Shown here: positions 18,777-27,093 of the stretch, piece after piece
How positions within the stretch are numbered: the first letter of the stretch is position 1
Layout: each line of letters begins with the position of its first letter
Assembly (NCBI GenBank): GCA_963621425.1
Contig: CAVFEO010000001.1
Span: 1-43,198 of the forward strand
Origin: a bacterium
Lineage (GTDB): Bacteria > Bacillota > Clostridia > Christensenellales > UBA1242
Length of the DNA stretch: 43,198 bases
Reading direction: 5' to 3'
The notes under the pieces: generated by a model
Seen by the model: the letters and a program-made list of their open reading frames with translations, nothing else
Told to the model about the DNA's origin: nothing
The model's database searches: none
Position numbers and translations under genes: made by a program

Positions 18777-19307
18777 ATGGATTTAAAAGTTACAAATTTA
18801 CAAAACAATTCAGATAACTGCATCATTTGTGGGGTGCAAAACCTTTTTTCGCTTAATGCAAGGTTTTATGAATTAAGTAAAGATGTTGTTTGTACAATCA
18901 CACAATTTAGAGACGAACATCAAAGTTATCCACATAGGTCACACGGTGGGTTAATAACAGCACTGCTTGATGAAGTTATTGGTAGGGCAATACAAATTGG
19001 CCACCCAAACATTTGGGGTGTAACAAGCACTATTCAGGTTAAGTTTAGAAAACCTGTTCCGCTAAACCAAAATGTAAAGTGCTTTGGCAGAATTGTTAGA
19101 AACAGCACTTTAGGTTTTGTTGGTGTTGGTGTTATAGAAGATGAAATGGGCGAACTTCTTGCCACAGCAGAAGCCACTTATATTAAAATGGATTTAGATA
19201 AAATTGCACACGAACATGGTATGCTATGGGATAAGTTCCCAGAAGATAGACCACTTAAGTTTGTTAAATTATTAAACCCAAAAGCATTGGGCTTTGAAGA
19301 AAAATAA
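18777..19307 (+). CDS. PaaI/hotdog-fold acyl-CoA thioesterase
   Basis: 176 aa. Hotdog core HRSHGGLITALLDEVIGRA with downstream beta-strands. AAGAGGA RBS. Confidence 0.75.
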   Translation: MDLKVTNLQNNSDNCIICGVQNLFSLNARFYELSKDVVCTITQFRDEHQSYPHRSHGGLITALLDEVIGRAIQIGHPNIWGVTSTIQVKFRKPVPLNQNVKCFGRIVRNSTLGFVGVGVIEDEMGELLATAEATYIKMDLDKIAHEHGMLWDKFPEDRPLKFVKLLNPKALGFEEK

Positions 19308-19337
19308 AAAGCAACCGCAATACGCGGTTGTTTTTTG
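19306..19337. terminator. bidirectional terminator
   Basis: Stem CAACCGC (19312-19318) / GCGGTTG (19324-19330), with an A-run upstream and T6 downstream. It closes both the thioesterase gene (+) and the 61-aa ORF (-). Confidence 0.75.
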
Positions 19338-19523
19338 TTATATTGGAGTGTTAAGCAAATTGTTAAAGTTGTTACGGTTGCAACAGCAAGATGAAAAGCC
19401 GTTAGAGTTGAATAATGCAAGCAAGATTAAAAGCAAGATAATTGTGTTGTTAGATAAATCTATATTAGTTGCGCTAACAATAATTCCAAGTATTATAACA
19501 ATAAGAGTGTACCAAGTAGACAT
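19338..19523 (-). CDS. candidate small membrane peptide (61 aa, two hydrophobic segments, C-terminal CCC motif)
   Basis: MSTWYTLIVIILGIIVSA...TIILLLILLALF...SSCCCNR. AGGAGA lies ~10 nt upstream, and the stop abuts the bidirectional terminator. Confidence 0.35.
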   Translation of the reverse strand: MSTWYTLIVIILGIIVSATNIDLSNNTIILLLILLALFNSNGFSSCCCNRNNFNNLLNTPI

Positions 19524-19588
19524 TTTTTATTTTTCTCCTATCTGTGATATTTTTTTTAACTAAAATTTAATATGCGACAAAAATAATA

Positions 19589-19599
19589 ATTGTTACAAT
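19589..19599. promoter_or_regulatory. candidate ArsR-family operator (inverted repeat)
   Basis: Perfect palindrome ATTGT-T-ACAAT, overlapping a TTGTTA -35-like hexamer (19591-19596). The half-site-like AATAATTGTA recurs at 19612-19621. The site lies between the divergent arsR-like gene and the small peptide ORF. Confidence 0.35.
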
Positions 19600-19645
19600 G
19601 CAATTTTTTTTTAATAATTGTAAGTGAGAAAAAGGAGATTAATAT

Positions 19646-19981
19646 ATGATAGAGCAAAACACAAGGCGAGTTTTAGATGATTATATGCCAAGCATGCAAG
19701 TTTTAGATTTACTTGCAACATATTTTCAGGCATATAGTGATGTAACAAGAATAAAAATACTTTCAGCACTTAGCATATCCAGTATGTGCGTAAGTGATAT
19801 AAGTGCAATGTTAAATTTAAACCAAACAACAGTTTCGCACCAGTTAAAACTGCTTAAAAGTTTAAGCCTAGTGCAAGGGCAAAGGCAAGGCAAATTAATA
19901 TTTTATTCGCTATCAAGCGATAAAGTGAACCAAATAATGCTATCTGGCGTAGAGCATTTGCAAAGTAACAGACTTATATAA
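19646..19981 (+). CDS. ArsR/SmtB family transcriptional regulator
   Basis: 111 aa. Winged-HTH signature FQAYSDVTRIKILSALS...MCVSDISAMLNLNQTTVSHQLKLLKSLSLV. AAGGAGA RBS. Confidence 0.85.
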   Translation: MIEQNTRRVLDDYMPSMQVLDLLATYFQAYSDVTRIKILSALSISSMCVSDISAMLNLNQTTVSHQLKLLKSLSLVQGQRQGKLIFYSLSSDKVNQIMLSGVEHLQSNRLI

Positions 19982-19997
19982 AAAGGAAAGATGCAAA

Positions 19998-21233
19998 ATG
20001 AATCAAACAGCAACAATTAATAATGAAGAAGAAAAAATAAAAACAACCTTTTCATCTGGCGTGTATGATGATGGGTTTGAGGCACTTTCTTGCTATTTAC
20101 AAAATTACGCATCAACTAAGGTGTGTTTTTTGCTTGCAGGTATCAATTATTTATTATATAAGCCATTTATAGAAAAACTTAACTGCAAATCAGTTCTTTT
20201 ATTAAGTGATGACAACGCAACAAACAGCAATTTAACAGAGGTTAGCAGTGTTTGCTTTGATTGCTCACTTATTGTTTGTATGGACTATATTAGCGTAAAT
20301 TTTTGCAAAAAGTTGCAACAAAAATTAAAAATTAATTGCTTTTATTTTTTTCAAAATGTTCCGCCAGTTGATGCGTTTTTACCTTATTATTATGAATTTA
20401 ATGGCAAGGAATATAAGCAAGTAGCGTGCAAGGGCGCAACCAATTATATTATTTGCTACACATTGCCTAAAAATATGGATAGAAAAAGCATAATTCCGTG
20501 TGTATGTTCAATAATTTCTTATTATTTTTGCTTTATAGATTTATATATAAATTCGCACATTTTCGGCGTTAAGTTAAGCGCAAATTATTCTCAAACTTTT
20601 GCACTTTGCACAAAAAAGTTGTCTAGCATACTTAAAAACTTTCGTTTTATGCCAAATGATTTTATAGATGAACTTTATGCTTTGGTTTTACAGTTTTACA
20701 ATTTTATTATGCAAGAAAATTTGCAAACAACATCATACTGTTTTGCAAGCGTTTACCAGTATTTAAAAGGATTTTATGGCGCAAATTTTTACGAGGTTGG
20801 TATGCTTGCTACCCAAATTTTTGTGCACCTATATAAAGATTTTTTTTCAACGCAAGTAAAAACTAATGATTGTTTGGGCGTAAGCGTGCAAAAAAAACAG
20901 TTAATGCACGCAAAATTTTTTAACAACAGAAATTTTAATGCAGATGCCATTTGCTTAGAAGATAGGGAAGAAATGGATTACATTTTAGCGCGCTTTGGCG
21001 AAAAATTGCATAAAAAATGCACATCTTTTGCGTGCATTGTGGATAAACTTATAGATAATGCTCTTAATTTGTATGCAGATTGTGGGTACTCTTTATATAA
21101 AACATTTGATAGGCAACAAACACTTAACGCCATTTATTTTACGCCAGACTTTATATTAAATAAATCACTTTTAAAAGTAATTTCTAATTATGGCATATTT
21201 GATAATATAAAATTAATGTCTAAACCTAATTAG
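19998..21233 (+). CDS. hypothetical Cys-rich protein (411 aa), possibly a degenerate DHQS-like / glycerol-1-phosphate dehydrogenase (AraM)-like fold
   Basis: Starts 16 nt after the arsR-like stop. Has 20 Cys in 411 aa. The segment INCFYFFQNVPPVDAFLP resembles PFISYPTAPSVDGFTS of AraM-type enzymes, but the glycine-rich nucleotide motif (GSGT) is absent. The fold assignment is from memory only. Confidence 0.5.
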   Translation: MNQTATINNEEEKIKTTFSSGVYDDGFEALSCYLQNYASTKVCFLLAGINYLLYKPFIEKLNCKSVLLLSDDNATNSNLTEVSSVCFDCSLIVCMDYISVNFCKKLQQKLKINCFYFFQNVPPVDAFLPYYYEFNGKEYKQVACKGATNYIICYTLPKNMDRKSIIPCVCSIISYYFCFIDLYINSHIFGVKLSANYSQTFALCTKKLSSILKNFRFMPNDFIDELYALVLQFYNFIMQENLQTTSYCFASVYQYLKGFYGANFYEVGMLATQIFVHLYKDFFSTQVKTNDCLGVSVQKKQLMHAKFFNNRNFNADAICLEDREEMDYILARFGEKLHKKCTSFACIVDKLIDNALNLYADCGYSLYKTFDRQQTLNAIYFTPDFILNKSLLKVISNYGIFDNIKLMSKPN

Positions 21234-21295
21234 CAAAAACAAGTATAAAAGATTATTTTTTGTTTATAATTTTCGCAAAGCGAGGTAAACCTAAG

Positions 21296-21673
21296 TTGCG
21301 AAAATTTTTTTTATTTTCATTATTTATTATATGTTTTATGTGTGCGGGCTATTTGCAAAAAGACTTGCAAAACAGTGATGTTAAAGGCGTGCAAAATTAT
21401 AGCGTAACAAACTACACAAAAAACAATTCCACTCTTTTATATGGGCAAACAATTAGCGCAAATGTGTGCGATTTTAATATGCAACAATTTTTGAGCAATT
21501 TAAATGCGCATGTTATTGATAAGCACATTGTGTGTGATAGAAGCATTGTATATGCCTACACAAGCGAACTAGATAATTTTGTATATGTAAACGGCAACAA
21601 AGTCAATTTGCAAATATCGCAAGATGAAAGTAGGGTTTACATTGGCTATCCGCTAATTATGGGCTCTTTTTAA
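21296..21673 (+). CDS. hypothetical secreted/membrane-anchored protein (125 aa from TTG)
   Basis: The TTG at 21296 lies 9 nt after GAGGT. N-terminal signal-like segment MRKFFLFSLFIICFMCAGY. Start uncertain (the track start is 21260). Confidence 0.45.
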   Translation: MRKFFLFSLFIICFMCAGYLQKDLQNSDVKGVQNYSVTNYTKNNSTLLYGQTISANVCDFNMQQFLSNLNAHVIDKHIVCDRSIVYAYTSELDNFVYVNGNKVNLQISQDESRVYIGYPLIMGSF

Positions 21674-21737
21674 AAAATGATGTATAAAAGAATAAAAATG
21701 CGTCAAACATTAAAAAAGGAGGTTGGAAAAACAAAAA

Positions 21738-22358
21738 ATGAGTGAAAACAAACAAAATAAATTCCTTAACTTTTTAAAGGCAAATATCTATTATATTTTG
21801 GTAATACTTGCACTTGCCGTTATGATTGTGGTTATTGCACTAACAAACACAACAAGTGATGTGGAAAATGTTAGCACGCAAGCAGTGGAGGAGGTTCAAG
21901 ATCAAACAGATGTTAAAGATGTAAATGCTCCTGTTGTGCCAACATATGTATCTCCACTTGCAAACTTTACCATTTTAAAGGAATACAATGATACAGAATT
22001 GATGTTTAATGCATCACTAAACAGGTGGGAAGCCCACAAAAGTATGGATTTAGGTGCAAGTGATGGCGAAAAGGTTTTAAGTGTTGCTAGCGGGGAAGTT
22101 AGCGAAGTTTATAACAACTATTTAGAAGGCAATGTGGTTGTAATTAAGCACGCAAACGGAATGCAATCTGTTTACGGCTCACTTGGGGATAATGTGCTTG
22201 TAAAAGTTGGCGATAAAGTTAGCGCCGGGCAAACAATAGGCACTGTTAGTACCAGTGCAAAAGGCGAATATATAAATCAATCACATTTGCATTTTGAACT
22301 TTTGCGTAACGGCTTACAAATAGACCCTGTAACATATATTCCGCTATCAGATAAATAA
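21738..22358 (+). CDS. membrane-anchored M23/LytM peptidase-domain protein (SpoIIQ/SpoIVFA-like architecture)
   Basis: An N-terminal TM helix (IYYILVILALAVMIVVIAL) is joined to a LytM domain with intact HxxxD (HKSMD) and HxH (HLHFEL) motifs. Start uncertain (TTG at 21723 or ATG at 21738). Confidence 0.8.
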   Translation: MSENKQNKFLNFLKANIYYILVILALAVMIVVIALTNTTSDVENVSTQAVEEVQDQTDVKDVNAPVVPTYVSPLANFTILKEYNDTELMFNASLNRWEAHKSMDLGASDGEKVLSVASGEVSEVYNNYLEGNVVVIKHANGMQSVYGSLGDNVLVKVGDKVSAGQTIGTVSTSAKGEYINQSHLHFELLRNGLQIDPVTYIPLSDK

Positions 22359-22381
22359 TTTATAAAAGAATATAAAAATGC

Positions 22382-22410
22382 TTGTCAAATATCGTTAAAT
22401 GTTGTATAAT
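22382..22410 (+). promoter_or_regulatory. sigma-A type promoter (extended -10) for acpP
   Basis: TTGTCA (22382-22387), 17-nt spacer ending in TTG, TATAAT (22405-22410). Confidence 0.55.
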
Positions 22411-22444
22411 TGCATCGTACTTTAAAATTAAGGAGAAGCACAAG

Positions 22445-22675
22445 ATGTTTGAAAAAGTAAGAAAAATTATTGCTGACCAATTAAATATTGCAGAAGATAG
22501 AATTACACCGGATGTTAAATTAGTTGAAGATTTGGGCATTGATTCTCTTGATACTTTGGAAATGCTTATGGCACTTGAAGATGAATATGGCATTCAAATT
22601 TCAAATGAAGATGCACAAGAGTTAAAAACAGTTCAAGATATAGTTAATTATATTGAAGCAAAGGTTAAAAAATAA
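22445..22675 (+). CDS. acpP: acyl carrier protein
   Basis: 76 aa from the ATG at 22445 (AAGGAGAAG RBS). Phosphopantetheine attachment motif LGIDSLDTLEMLMALEDEYG. Confidence 0.9.
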   Translation: MFEKVRKIIADQLNIAEDRITPDVKLVEDLGIDSLDTLEMLMALEDEYGIQISNEDAQELKTVQDIVNYIEAKVKK

Positions 22676-22693
22676 TATTACTTAAATGTGTGT

Positions 22694-22731
22694 GTTGCTT
22701 TGAGCATACACACATATTTTTTACAATGGTA
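22694..22731 (+). terminator. rho-independent terminator after acpP
   Basis: Stem ATGTGTGT (22695-22702) / ACACACAT (22717-22724) plus a T-run. Confidence 0.65.
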
Positions 22732-22741
22732 AGAGGTAAAA

Positions 22742-23614
22742 ATGCAAACAATAAAGGTTAAAATTAGTGCTCTTTTTTGCACAATTTTAGTATTTTTAGC
22801 GGTTGTTTTGCTCGCTAGCTGCAATGAAAATGATAACAAAACGCTTGATAGCATTAAAATTTCTTTGCAACTAAAAGACACATTTTTTGTTGGCGAAGAA
22901 ATTGATTTTTCAGGTGCTGAATTTGATGTTACTTTACTAGATGGCAATGTGCAACATGTTACAATGCAAGATAGCCATATGTATAGCAATTACAGTGAAA
23001 TTAACAATAAAGATGCGGGCGATAAAACCGTAATTTTTGTTTATAGAGTTTCTGCAAATGATGCCGTTTATGTAAATTTTGTTGTACATTTTATTGAAGA
23101 TGAAGTATCTGATTTTGTTTTAGATGTAACAGAAGTTCCTACATCTGTAAAACTAAATGATGTGTTAGATATTACAAAAATAAAAGGCACGGCAACTTAT
23201 TTAAGTGGCAAGCAAGAAAACTTAACTTATGCAGAACTTAAAGGTGGAGTAGAAAATTTAAATAATACAACTTCTTTGGGCTCACTTTACATTTCTGTTT
23301 GGTACAAAAACAAAATGCAACAATTTATGGTAACAGTTATAGCGCATAGCGTACTATCTTGTGAAGCACAAGGCGTTGTGCATTATTATAGCGTTGGGGA
23401 AGAAATATCTTTTAATGATATTAGGCTAAGGCTTAATTTAGATAACGGCAAAAGCGTAGATGTTCGCGGGGATGAAAACATTGAAGTTGTAACCAATGTG
23501 AACAGCAATGTTGCGGGGCATTATTATGTGCAATTTATCTACATTGGAAAAGAGTATTTGGTTGAAAATTTAGACAATGCTAAAACTCAACAAATTGAGA
23601 TAATTGTGGAATAA
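22742..23614 (+). CDS. putative lipoprotein with repeated beta-rich (Ig-like) modules
   Basis: Signal peptide with lipobox LLASC. The internal repeat (F/Y)xVGEEIxF...L.L.(D/N)G....V is seen near residues ~48-70 and ~225-250. Confidence 0.65.
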   Translation: MQTIKVKISALFCTILVFLAVVLLASCNENDNKTLDSIKISLQLKDTFFVGEEIDFSGAEFDVTLLDGNVQHVTMQDSHMYSNYSEINNKDAGDKTVIFVYRVSANDAVYVNFVVHFIEDEVSDFVLDVTEVPTSVKLNDVLDITKIKGTATYLSGKQENLTYAELKGGVENLNNTTSLGSLYISVWYKNKMQQFMVTVIAHSVLSCEAQGVVHYYSVGEEISFNDIRLRLNLDNGKSVDVRGDENIEVVTNVNSNVAGHYYVQFIYIGKEYLVENLDNAKTQQIEIIVE

Positions 23615-23691
23615 AATACACAAAGAAGTAACAAAAGACAAAAAATAATACAATATAATGCAAATATCGAGCAAAAAATGGCAAACAACTC

Positions 23692-23721
23692 TTGACTTTT
23701 TGTGCTAAAAAATGCTATTAT
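23692..23721 (+). promoter_or_regulatory. sigma-A type promoter for tig
   Basis: TTGACT (23692-23697), 18-nt spacer, TATTAT (23716-23721). Confidence 0.5.
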
Positions 23722-23750
23722 AAAACAAGTTACATATTAAGGAGTTTAAA

Positions 23751-25037
23751 ATGAAATACAATATTAATAAAAAAGAAAAAGACATTGTTGAAATTACAAT
23801 AGAACTAGGTAAAGATGCTTGGCAAACAGCCCTTGATGAAGCATACAATAAAACAAAAGGCAAATACGAGGTTAAAGGCTTTAGAAAAGGTAAGGCTCCT
23901 AGAAAGGCTATAGAAAATGAATATGGTAGTATGGTTTTTGTTGATGAAGCCATTGACGAAGTTTATAAAAAAGAATACATAAACATTATTCAAAAAGAAA
24001 AACTTGCACCTGTTTCTAACCCAACACTTGCACTTGATAAATGTGATGATACTGGCCTTAAAATGACGCTAACTGTTCAAAACAAGCCAACAGTTACTTT
24101 GGGCGCTTACACTGATATTGAAGTTAAAGGTAAAAAAGCAGATATCAAAGCAAAAGATGTTAACGATTATTTGAAGAATATGGCAGAGCGTAATGCAAGA
24201 AAAGTTGAAGCAGATAAAGATGCTGAACTTTCGAAAGGCAACATTGCTGTATTTGACTTTGTCGGAACATTAAATGGTGAAAAATTTGATGGCGGAAGCA
24301 GTGAAAATTACGAACTAGAAATTGGCTCTGGTAGGTTTGTTCCGGGCTTTGAGGACCAAATGGTTGGCTTAAAGGTTGGGGAAGAAAAAGATTTAAACAT
24401 AACTTTCCCTAAAGAATACACACCAGAACTTGCTGGTAAAGATGTTATTTTCCATGTTAAGTTAAACAAAATTATGGTTAAAGAAATTCCTGCAATGGAC
24501 GATAAATGGGCTACAATGGTTAGCGAATTTGATACTTTGGAAGAATTTAAAAAGAGCGTTAAAGAAAAACTAACTAAAGAAGCTCAAACTAAACTTGATG
24601 ATGAGGCAACTAATAAACTTATTGATGAAATTGTTAAAAACGCCAAGTTTGAAATTCCAGATTGTATGATTGAAGATGAAATTAATTACATTTTGCAAGA
24701 CTTTGAACAAAAACTTGCTATGCAAGGTTTAAATTTAGAAAAATATGCTCAAATTGTTAAAAAAGACATAAAGCAAATCCGTGATGAACAAAAAGATATT
24801 GCTAAAACTAATTGCGGAATAAGGGTTGTGCTTGAGGCTATTATTGATAAAGAAAAAATTAAAACAACTGCTAAACAAGTTGATGCAAAAATTGCTGATT
24901 ATGCTAAAATGTATGGTCAAAGCGCTGAAGATATGAAGAAGAATTTAGGCGAAAACGAAATCAATTATATCCAAAGCCAAGTATTAATGGACAATTTAAT
25001 TGAATTTTTGAAGAAAAACAACAAAATAGTACAATAA
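23751..25037 (+). CDS. tig: trigger factor
   Basis: 428 aa. Ribosome-binding signature GFRKGKAPRKAIE, a central FKBP-type PPIase domain (FDFVGTLNGEKFDGGS...GSGRFVPGFEDQMVG), and the tig-clpP-clpX context. Confidence 0.95.
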   Translation: MKYNINKKEKDIVEITIELGKDAWQTALDEAYNKTKGKYEVKGFRKGKAPRKAIENEYGSMVFVDEAIDEVYKKEYINIIQKEKLAPVSNPTLALDKCDDTGLKMTLTVQNKPTVTLGAYTDIEVKGKKADIKAKDVNDYLKNMAERNARKVEADKDAELSKGNIAVFDFVGTLNGEKFDGGSSENYELEIGSGRFVPGFEDQMVGLKVGEEKDLNITFPKEYTPELAGKDVIFHVKLNKIMVKEIPAMDDKWATMVSEFDTLEEFKKSVKEKLTKEAQTKLDDEATNKLIDEIVKNAKFEIPDCMIEDEINYILQDFEQKLAMQGLNLEKYAQIVKKDIKQIRDEQKDIAKTNCGIRVVLEAIIDKEKIKTTAKQVDAKIADYAKMYGQSAEDMKKNLGENEINYIQSQVLMDNLIEFLKKNNKIVQ

Positions 25038-25128
25038 TTTGCTAATAAATTTCATACTTTTTTGATAAAATATGTTAGTTAATTATGCTACTTTGTAAAA
25101 ATTGGCAAAATATAAAGGAGAAAAATAT

Positions 25129-25710
25129 ATGTTAGTACCTATGGTAGTAGATCAAACAGCAAACGGAGAGAGAAGTTATGATATTTATTCTCGTTTGCTA
25201 GAAGATAGAATTATATTTATTACTGGCGAAATTACAGACCAAACAGCAGATTTGGTTGTTGCTCAGTTAATTTATTTAGAGGCTAAAAATCCTGATAAAG
25301 ATATTTCTATTTACATTAATAGCCCGGGCGGTTCTGTTACTGCTGGTATGGCTATTTACGATACAATGAAGTATATTAAGTGTGATGTTTGCACAATTTG
25401 CGTTGGTATGGCTGCATCTATGGGTGCGTTCTTGCTTTCTAGCGGAACAAAGGGCAAAAGATATGCTCTTGCCAATTCTGAAATTATGATACACCAACCA
25501 CTTGGTGGGGCTCAAGGTCAAGCAACAGAAATTAAAATTGCTGCAGAACACATTTTAAAAATTAGAGAAAAACTTAATAAAATTTTAAGTGAAAACACTG
25601 GTAAGCCAATTACTCAAATAGAAAAAGATACAGATAGAGATAATTTTATGTCTGCAGAAGAGGCTTGCAAATATGGCCTTGTAGATAAGGTTTATATTGA
25701 AAGAGAATAA
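25129..25710 (+). CDS. clpP: ATP-dependent Clp protease proteolytic subunit
   Basis: 193 aa from the ATG at 25129 (AAAGGAG RBS). [11 protein letters not shown] motif; catalytic Ser in GMAASMGA, His in MIHQP, Asp in DTDRDNF. Confidence 0.95.
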   Translation: MLVPMVVDQTANGERSYDIYSRLLEDRIIFITGEITDQTADLVVAQLIYLEAKNPDKDISIYINSPGGSVTAGMAIYDTMKYIKCDVCTICVGMAASMGAFLLSSGTKGKRYALANSEIMIHQPLGGAQGQATEIKIAAEHILKIREKLNKILSENTGKPITQIEKDTDRDNFMSAEEACKYGLVDKVYIERE

Positions 25711-25736
25711 AATAAAAATTTTAAAAGGCGGTAATT

Positions 25737-27050
25737 ATGGCAAAAAATAGCAATGATGATATGATTTGCTCATTTTGTGGCAAAAACCAACTTTCTGTTA
25801 AAAAAATGATTGTTAGCAGTAGGGGCGGTTGTTATATTTGCGATGAATGTGTGCAAGTTTGTAGCGAAATTATGAAGGAAGAAGCAAAAGAAAAAAAGCA
25901 AGAATCTTTGGGCAAAATAAATCTATTACCACCTAAGGAAATTAAGGCTAAACTTGATGAATATATTATTGGTCAAGATGAGGCTAAAGAAGTTCTTTCT
26001 GTTGCAGTTTATAACCATTATAAAAGAATAAACTACAACTTAAATGTGCACAAAAACAACGAAATTGAACTTGAAAAAAGTAATGTTCTTATGATAGGGC
26101 CAACTGGTGTTGGTAAAACATTGCTTGCAAAAACTCTTGCTAAAATTTTAGAAGTCCCTTTTGCTGCGTGTGATGCTACAACATTAACAGAGGCAGGCTA
26201 TGTTGGTGATGATGTAGAAAGTATTTTGCAAAAATTATTGCAAAGTGCTAACTTTGATGTTAAAAAGGCAGAACGCGGTATTATTTACATTGATGAAATT
26301 GATAAAATTTGTAAAAAGAGCCAAAATGTTTCAATTTCGCGTGATGTAAGTGGGGAAGGCGTACAACAAGCGTTACTTAAAATTTTAGAAGGTACTATTG
26401 CTGGTATTCCACCTCAAGGCGGAAGAAAACACCCTAACCAAGAACTTATTCAAATGGATACAACAAACATCTTGTTTATTTGCGGTGGTGCGTTTGTTGG
26501 GCTTGATAAAATTGTTGAAGGCAGAACTAACAACAATGTTTTAGGCTTTAATGCAAATGTTAAAAAGATTAACGAAAAAGCACTAAGTGAATTTATGAAG
26601 AGTTTGCAACCAGAAGATTTGGTTAAATGCGGTTTAATTCCTGAATTTGTTGGTAGGCTTCCTATTGTTGTGGGTTTACACGCACTAACTAAAGAAGCAC
26701 TTATTAACATTTTGCAAAACCCTAAAAACGCAATTACTAAACAATATAAAAAGATGTTTAGCATTGAAAATATTGAACTTGAATTTGACCCAGAAGCACT
26801 TGAAGAAGTTGCTAAAAAGGCAATTAAGTTAAGAACTGGTGCACGCGGGCTTAGAACCATACTAGAAGAAATTATGCTTCCTATTATGTATGATTCTCCA
26901 AGCGATAAAACTATTAGCAAAATTTTCATCACTAAAGATTGCGTTTTGGGTAAGGGTAATCCTGTTATAGAACGCAGTGATGTTCAAAGCACAACGCTTG
27001 ATGCTGAGGGCGATAAAATAGCAAAACAAAACGATACTGTTGTAGCATAA
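25737..27050 (+). CDS. clpX: ATP-dependent Clp protease ATP-binding subunit ClpX
   Basis: 437 aa. N-terminal zinc finger CSFCGK...CDEC, Walker A GPTGVGKT, Walker [10 protein letters not shown], and an LGF-type IGF loop (NNVLGFNAN). Confidence 0.95.
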   Translation: MAKNSNDDMICSFCGKNQLSVKKMIVSSRGGCYICDECVQVCSEIMKEEAKEKKQESLGKINLLPPKEIKAKLDEYIIGQDEAKEVLSVAVYNHYKRINYNLNVHKNNEIELEKSNVLMIGPTGVGKTLLAKTLAKILEVPFAACDATTLTEAGYVGDDVESILQKLLQSANFDVKKAERGIIYIDEIDKICKKSQNVSISRDVSGEGVQQALLKILEGTIAGIPPQGGRKHPNQELIQMDTTNILFICGGAFVGLDKIVEGRTNNNVLGFNANVKKINEKALSEFMKSLQPEDLVKCGLIPEFVGRLPIVVGLHALTKEALINILQNPKNAITKQYKKMFSIENIELEFDPEALEEVAKKAIKLRTGARGLRTILEEIMLPIMYDSPSDKTISKIFITKDCVLGKGNPVIERSDVQSTTLDAEGDKIAKQNDTVVA

Positions 27051-27073
27051 AAAGGCAAATGATTGCCTTTTTG
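27051..27073 (+). terminator. rho-independent terminator after clpX
   Basis: Stem AGGCAA (27053-27058) / TTGCCT (27063-27068) plus TTTT. Confidence 0.55.
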
Positions 27074-27093
27074 TGTGATATAAGGATAAATGT

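Noticed and set aside
19294-19563. 89-aa plus-strand ORF overlapping the thioesterase 3' end.
   Set aside because: It starts inside the thioesterase gene, reads straight through a strong bidirectional terminator and has no RBS. The minus-strand 61-aa ORF explains the region better.
25038-25128. CtsR operator upstream of clpP.
   Set aside because: No GGTCAAA-NAN-GGTCAAA-type direct repeat is present in the tig-clpP intergenic region.
27051-27093. T-box leaders upstream of serS, and upstream of proS at 33725-33839.
   Set aside because: The leaders are only ~40-115 nt, which is far too short for a T-box riboswitch of ~200+ nt. No specifier or T-box (AANNNGGGTGGTACCGCG-like) sequence was seen.
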